Source: Thainema sp. (GTDB lineage Bacteria > Cyanobacteriota > Cyanobacteriia > Phormidesmidales > Phormidesmidaceae). From it: 64,000 nucleotides of DNA. This document shows positions 59,044 to 64,000 of this stretch, piece after piece. The position numbers and the translations under genes are program-made. The notes below the pieces were generated by a model. It did not search any database and had not been told where the DNA came from. It saw only the letters and a list, made by a program, of their open reading frames with translations. The DNA lies in the NCBI GenBank assembly GCA_052168235.1, contig JBQLZK010000037.1:11251-75250 (forward strand), in the 5' to 3' direction. The stretch's first letter is position 1; each line of letters opens with the position of its first letter.

Positions 59044-60000
59044 CTACTGTTCCACGATGACGAGAGTGCCTTTTGAAACCCATTCATATAGTTTTTGAAT
59101 ATCTTCGTTATACATCCGTACACAACCATGAGAGGCGGCCTGTCCGACAGATGATCGATTGGAGGTTCCGTGAAAGCCGATAGAGTTGAAACCATCTGTC
59201 CAAAACTCAATCCACCGTTCCCCTAGAGGATTATTGGACTCCGGAGACATCACCTCTCCCGTGAAGGGATGCGTCCAGCCTGGATTTTTGACCATTGTTC
59301 TCACGTGAAAGGTGCCGACAGGTGTTTCCCACCCGGGTTTACCAACTGCCACTGGAAAACTCGCCAACTCTTGCTCATCTTGGTAAGCATATACTCTTCT
59401 CTCACTGCGTTTGAGTACCAATCGAGTAGCCTGTACTTGCTCCTGCTGTTTGGCAGCGATTGAGCGGATAATCGTTGGTTCACCAGAAGCGGCATCTATT
59501 CCCAAGTAGTTCAGTCCTGACTGACGCTCTGGCTTAGATTTTGGCTGCTGAACGTCTGCTATGGCTATTGGGGTGTTGCTCGTGTAGGTATTGACCCTGT
59601 CATGAGCCATACTGTCACAATCCTCATTGGCACGGGTGCCGAATGCGATCGCAGTTGCAGTATTAAATAAGGAATATGGCGCTAACCCATATCGCTGGAA
59701 AAACTGCAGAATTGCGTACTTGGGCTGGCTACTGAACTCATCCGCTGAATTTGGAACAGGATTCTGAATCCGTGACTGCTGTCCTACCTGTACGGTTGAG
59801 CAGGTAGTCTCTGGCGCTACAGCCGCATGAGTACGAAGATTGGTCAGCATAGACACAGCTACAATATATCCGACTATTTTGAGCGCAATAGCAGGTTTGT
59901 AGACAGCGAGGCTGAGTAAATCTGTCAGCGATCGCAGTTTGGGACGTTCTCTCGGATCTTCATGGGCAACATGGGCATGAAGAAAGGCAAGTGTTTCCAC
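59044..60000 (-). CDS. L,D-transpeptidase (YkuD domain)
   Basis: FPVAVGKPGWETPVG, NPLGERWI, IGFHGT, SHGCVRM; GTG start at (M)ETLAFLH with GAGGA SD. Confidence 0.9.
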   Translation of the reverse strand: METLAFLHAHVAHEDPRERPKLRSLTDLLSLAVYKPAIALKIVGYIVAVSMLTNLRTHAAVAPETTCSTVQVGQQSRIQNPVPNSADEFSSQPKYAILQFFQRYGLAPYSLFNTATAIAFGTRANEDCDSMAHDRVNTYTSNTPIAIADVQQPKSKPERQSGLNYLGIDAASGEPTIIRSIAAKQQEQVQATRLVLKRSERRVYAYQDEQELASFPVAVGKPGWETPVGTFHVRTMVKNPGWTHPFTGEVMSPESNNPLGERWIEFWTDGFNSIGFHGTSNRSSVGQAASHGCVRMYNEDIQKLYEWVSKGTLVIVEQ

Positions 60001-60066
60001 AGCTTCCTCACAACGCAGCAATTTACAACTGAAATACAACTGAAGTCGGTTGGGGTCGGTACTAGG

Positions 60067-60894
60067 CTACCAAAGCGCTCGCGGTGCTACTGGAGCTTCG
60101 GCTGGAGGTTCGGCCACTTGAGCCGTCTCCCCTGTATCCTCTGTTTCTTCAGCTGTTTCATCAATGGCTTGAGCCGTCTCTGTCGGTTCGGTAGGTACAG
60201 TTGGTACAGCCAGCTCGGCAGGTTCTGTGGGTTCAGGTGCTTGAGCGGTTTCAGTCGGCTCAGCAGATGCGGCAGGTTCAATGATTACAGGTGCGATCGC
60301 AGTTTCAGTTGTTCTTGTTGCGGATTCAACTACGTCTGCGGTTGCTATCTCAACCGGCTCAACTGGCTCAACGGACTCAATCACAGTTCCTGTGTTGGGT
60401 TCGAAGGAAGCGTAACCCATTGATATAGCCGTGTCACGGCCTAAAATCACCACTGATTGAATACCATTGATATCAGTACCTGGTGGAATTAAGTAGCGCT
60501 GTTCTCCCTGCGAGGCACTTAATGGGCCTAAGTCTAAATAACTTTCGACTGGAGCATCAGTATAGGAGCTGGGCGGTACTGCTTCTGGAGTCAGCAAGAC
60601 TTGCCCTGCTTCCTGGGAAGAAGCCCGAAATGTTGGATCAAATTCCAAATAGAAAGCGCCCTCTTCTTCTAAGATTTGAGCCGTGCCCTGAATCGGTTGC
60701 GTACCTTCGGTAAACGTTCCCGATCGTATGCCTATAGGCTCAATCACTTCTCTTTCATTGCTGGCGCTAACCGTTGTGCCGTCAAAATCAGCAGAATTGA
60801 CTAACGGCCTATTACACGATGTCATTAAGATTCCAGCAGTTATCGCCGTGGCGATAGTTGTCACAAATGTTGGAGTAGATCGAAGTAGTCGCAT
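60067..60894 (-). CDS. DM13-domain lipoprotein with acidic Pro/Glu/Thr/Ala-rich tail
   Basis: Lipobox LMTSC, SGTF....P.QG.AQI, YLDLGPL....GEQRYLIP, SVVI; tail ends PRALW. Confidence 0.72.
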   Translation of the reverse strand: MRLLRSTPTFVTTIATAITAGILMTSCNRPLVNSADFDGTTVSASNEREVIEPIGIRSGTFTEGTQPIQGTAQILEEEGAFYLEFDPTFRASSQEAGQVLLTPEAVPPSSYTDAPVESYLDLGPLSASQGEQRYLIPPGTDINGIQSVVILGRDTAISMGYASFEPNTGTVIESVEPVEPVEIATADVVESATRTTETAIAPVIIEPAASAEPTETAQAPEPTEPAELAVPTVPTEPTETAQAIDETAEETEDTGETAQVAEPPAEAPVAPRALW

Positions 60895-61382
60895 GGGTCT
60901 TAATCCGTAATCAGTAGTCAATCAAAGCAAACTAAAATTGTTAGAAAGAAATCGGTTATGAGCAAATAATAAATTAATCAAATTTGCAAAAATAGAATCA
61001 GTTGTAGAAGTAGAGCACACTAGCTGTTACTCGTAAACGTTTGATAGTATAAATTTTGATAGTAATTTAGTTGCTATTCATAAACGTTTGATGGTAGCTA
61101 GAAGTCTGAGGTTACTATTTAACGCTTTAATATTATTTTCACTGCTTGATATGCTGCGAAAAATAATATGTGTATATTAATAGGTTACTCTTATGAGTCA
61201 ATTATTACTTATCTCGTAAGTTAGAGTAGCGGTTGATATTTGGCCGTTTTCACGATTTTTGTCTGTGACATGCAGGAAAAATGATATAAAAAATCTTAAG
61301 AGCTTTGAGAGGTGGATTAGCAATTTTATCCACCTCTAAAAAAATTACGTGAAGGTGTGAAGTCAAGTGAGTGGAGTTTATC

Positions 61383-61898
61383 TTAGAAGACTCCTTCATT
61401 CTCAGGAGACAGCTCTGATTCTTCAAAGATTCCTGCTTCGTCAGTAAATGCTCCGTCTTCATTGTAGGCATAGTCATCTTCATAATCGGAATATTCACCC
61501 GTTGCTGAATCAAAGCTATCTTCCGCTTCAAAGACAGAGTCTGGATCAATACCTAAGATTGAATCCCAAGTATTAGCGCCAACAATGCCGTCAGATAATA
61601 GACCATAATCGGTCTGAAATTCCTCAACGGCATTGACGACCTCGTTGCCATAGTTACCGTCGATGGGGCTGTTGTAGTAGCCTAGCTCATCCATGAAAAT
61701 TTGCAGATCCTGAACTGTCGGGCTTGTTATGCCATAAGTTAAGGTTGGAGTTATTCCTGCTTGATATTCCTCAAAACGGCCATCAATATTGGCAACTTGT
61801 GCTTGTGCAGATAAGCCGTGAAATAGGATAGGGGCTACTGCGAGCATAGAAGCAGCACCTAGAGATGCAAATCTGGATTGTAAAATTCTTCTAATCAT
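61383..61898 (-). CDS. Secreted peptidoglycan-binding (PG_binding_1) protein with acidic tail
   Basis: Signal peptide ending AQA, L.YG...V.DLQ....LGYY..IDG.YG...AV.EFQ..YGL.SDGIVG.NTW. Confidence 0.85.
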   Translation of the reverse strand: MIRRILQSRFASLGAASMLAVAPILFHGLSAQAQVANIDGRFEEYQAGITPTLTYGITSPTVQDLQIFMDELGYYNSPIDGNYGNEVVNAVEEFQTDYGLLSDGIVGANTWDSILGIDPDSVFEAEDSFDSATGEYSDYEDDYAYNEDGAFTDEAGIFEESELSPENEGVF

Positions 61899-62116
61899 GG
61901 AGCAAAATCTCCTTGTGAGTACAGTGCAATACTGTTGCCAGAGCTGATTGCTCTGGTTTAGCATTGCTAAAATAGACATTCGCAATACAGAACGCAATGT
62001 AGAAATAATTGCGATCGCATTTTTGCCAAAACAGATGTTTCCTAATCTGGCAAATTGGTTATTTCATCCGTGGGCCAACTGATCAAATTAGTACCAGGCA
62101 GATTAACCTGTACTTA

Positions 62117-62185
62117 GGAGCATGAATTAAATAGCCTGTCAATCATTCCATCCGTAGGGACACGGCATTGCCGTGTCCCTACCCC
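62117..62185. mobile_element. Second, right-truncated copy of the GGAGC MITE with perfect GTAG-REP hairpin
   Basis: Near-identical to 28045-28113; GTAGGGACACGGCA-T-TGCCGTGTCCCTAC at 62154-62182. Confidence 0.8.
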
Positions 62186-62324
62186 AATGAGATGCGTCTG
62201 CTGGTTTATCTCCGACAAGCATTCTCAAGTAGCCAGTGGTGGGCTGAGGAAGTTAAGGAAATCTTAGAAAACGTGAAATCGTTTCACATCTTGCTAACAG
62301 TTTATTGCCCAAATTAAACCTCTA

Positions 62325-63443
62325 CTAATTGGCATAAATTGGCCTTGTTTCCTCGACTAGATAGTCCACTACCTCTGTTAGAGAACCGTGTTGCTTCAGA
62401 ATGTGTCGCTGGCGATCGGCTCCAGTTCCTTGCTGTAGCGTATGATGTGCGATCGCAACTACGTCCTCCCATTCTCCCCAATCCTCTAAAGCTGGACGGA
62501 CAAAGGCTAGCAGCTTTTCAATCAGCTGATCAGCGGGAACAGCCTGAGCGGTGTCTACATCAACCAAGTTGGCGCTTAAACCCCAACGAGACGCCTTCCA
62601 CTGAGCTGCCGCTAGCACTTCAGGTCGAATAGCTGTGTAAGGTATGCCAGATTGCACCTGTTCGTAGCAGGTGCGGACTAGGCCGCGCACCAACCCTGCC
62701 ACCATGACCGTTTCATCTACCGTCAACGGCATATCTGGAATGCGAAACTCCAGCGTCGGGAACCGCTCAGACGGGCGTAGATCCCAACACACCTGATTGG
62801 GACTATCGATGATTTGGGTATCGAGTAAATTCTGCACTGTGTCTCGATACTCCTGGTAGGACGCAAAGGGCTGGGGGCAACCTGTCATTGGCAAGCGCTG
62901 AATCAGCACCGTTCGGTAACTCGCATACTGAGTATCCTGTCCCAGCCAAAAGGGAGAAGAGGCCGACAACGCCAGCAGAGGCGCTAGCCAGTGCCGCACA
63001 CGGTTCATCACCTGAATGGCCAAGTTGCGATCGCAAATTCCTACATGCACATGGCACCCAAACGTTACCAGCTCATGCATCAGTCCCTGGTAGCGATTTG
63101 CCAGCTTCTGGTAACAGGATTTTGGCGTTAATGTTTGCTCCTGCCAGGAGGCAAACGGGTGGGTTCCGGCAGCAGCCAGCTTACAGCCCACGCTATCGGC
63201 AGCCGCAATCAGATGATGGCGCAGCTTGGTTAAATGAGTACGAACGTCCGCTAATGACTGGCATACAGGCGTCGCGACTTCAATCTGTGACTGGCGAAAT
63301 TCCAGTTGCACTGTGTCGCCCAAGGAAATCTGAGCAATCGGTAGGATCAGGTGCGATTTTGGGCAAAGTTTACGATTTTTTGGATCAATGATCTGATATT
63401 CTTCCTCAACTCCAATCGTAAATAGCTCAGCATTCGGCAACAT
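62325..63443 (-). CDS. Carboxylate-amine ligase / glutamate-cysteine ligase 2 (YbdK family)
   Basis: FTIGVEEEYQ, QIEVATP, AAGTHPF, GCHVHVG, SSPFW.G.DT.YASYR, WDLRPS..FPTLEFR; an alternative TTG start lies at 63452. Confidence 0.92.
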   Translation of the reverse strand: MLPNAELFTIGVEEEYQIIDPKNRKLCPKSHLILPIAQISLGDTVQLEFRQSQIEVATPVCQSLADVRTHLTKLRHHLIAAADSVGCKLAAAGTHPFASWQEQTLTPKSCYQKLANRYQGLMHELVTFGCHVHVGICDRNLAIQVMNRVRHWLAPLLALSASSPFWLGQDTQYASYRTVLIQRLPMTGCPQPFASYQEYRDTVQNLLDTQIIDSPNQVCWDLRPSERFPTLEFRIPDMPLTVDETVMVAGLVRGLVRTCYEQVQSGIPYTAIRPEVLAAAQWKASRWGLSANLVDVDTAQAVPADQLIEKLLAFVRPALEDWGEWEDVVAIAHHTLQQGTGADRQRHILKQHGSLTEVVDYLVEETRPIYAN

Positions 63444-63544
63444 TTCTGACAATTCACTTAAACAAAATTAACTGAATTTTTGTGGCTTATTTCTGAATCT
63501 ATCAATAGGGACATAGCAGCACTATGTCCCCACCACATGTTTGC

Positions 63545-63649
63545 TAAGTAGGTTGGCATAAATAAACGCATCTAAAAAACCGGGGGAGCGCCCCTCAGGG
63601 GCGCTCCCCCGGTTTTTTAGATATGCATTTATTTATATGCGGCTACTTA
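63545..63649. mobile_element. TAAGTAGGTTGGCATAAATAA-family element, copy C
   Basis: Near-perfect fold-back with CTAAAAAACCGGGGGAGCGCCCC-TCA-GGGGCGCTCCCCCGGTTTTTTAG core. Confidence 0.85.
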
Positions 63650-63794
63650 TTGATGCAGTTTGAAAGTGTCAAAGTTGTTTTAGTCTAATTTAGACTTTTT
63701 CAGGTTTTTTAGCTGATACCGTCATCCCAAAGACGTAAATTTTACAGCACCTAATCCCATCGGCAGAGTAAGAAAGGAAACCACTAGATCCACT

Positions 63795-63962
63795 ATGAAA
63801 CGCAACATTCATTTCAATAATTACACGGTCATGAAGTCGCCGCTGAGTGACTTTATTGAAGCTGCAAAAGCTGCCCAGCTAGAGACTCGAATTCAGTACT
63901 TAGATCATGGTGATACCTATACATTCAATGTTCCTTTTGGTAGCCGATATAGCGATTCCTGA
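63795..63962 (+). pseudogene. 3' remnant of an MBL-fold metallo-hydrolase
   Basis: IHFNNYTVMKSPLSDFIEAAKAAQLETRIQYLDHGDTYTF resembles the PIHY.DY.VFKSPL.DF...YL.HG.TY.F C-terminus; no HxHxDH domain upstream. Confidence 0.6.
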
Positions 63963-64000
63963 ATGGGCAAGGTACGATCAATGTAGAGGAAAAGCCACAC

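Noticed and set aside
1..64000. CRISPR array, tRNA, rRNA, transposase or integrase genes
   Set aside because: No regularly spaced repeat-spacer array, no cas motifs, and no recognisable RNA gene or recombinase; the repeats are dispersed palindromes

Overview
Chromosomal window from a cyanobacterium. The HIP1 octamer GCGATCGC occurs throughout, often as TGCGATCGCA, and several genes belong to cyanobacterial families; a filamentous Leptolyngbya-like lineage is likely (inference). Ordinary content: cysA; an aldo/keto reductase, pentapeptide-GUN4 protein and sulfotransferase run; glutathione peroxidase; an MFS transporter; TetR divergent from a HlyD/ABC-2 (YbhGFSR-like) operon; cyanoglobin; a CPA2 antiporter-USP fusion; MscS; an 11-gene wzm/wzt glycan cluster; an HTH-NB-ARC-WD40 protein; glgP; an L,D-transpeptidase; and a YbdK-like ligase. 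Most notable: (1) an AT-rich, HIP1-free 1.5-kaa nuclease-STAND ATPase (Avs/NLR-like defence candidate) directly after a frameshifted, truncated native P-loop ATPase gene; (2) a 373-aa repeat protein with no Lys, Arg, His or Cys; (3) an unannotated, heavily decayed nirBD (NADH nitrite reductase) relic; (4) several families of small palindromic mobile repeats that nest inside each other, swap central hairpins, and in one case sit in-frame inside an ABC ATPase; (5) an orphan ankyrin + Imm11-like pair; (6) a clean TetR operator and a Fur-box candidate. No rRNA, tRNA, CRISPR array or transposase was recognised. All family calls come from motif recognition by eye; no database search was run.
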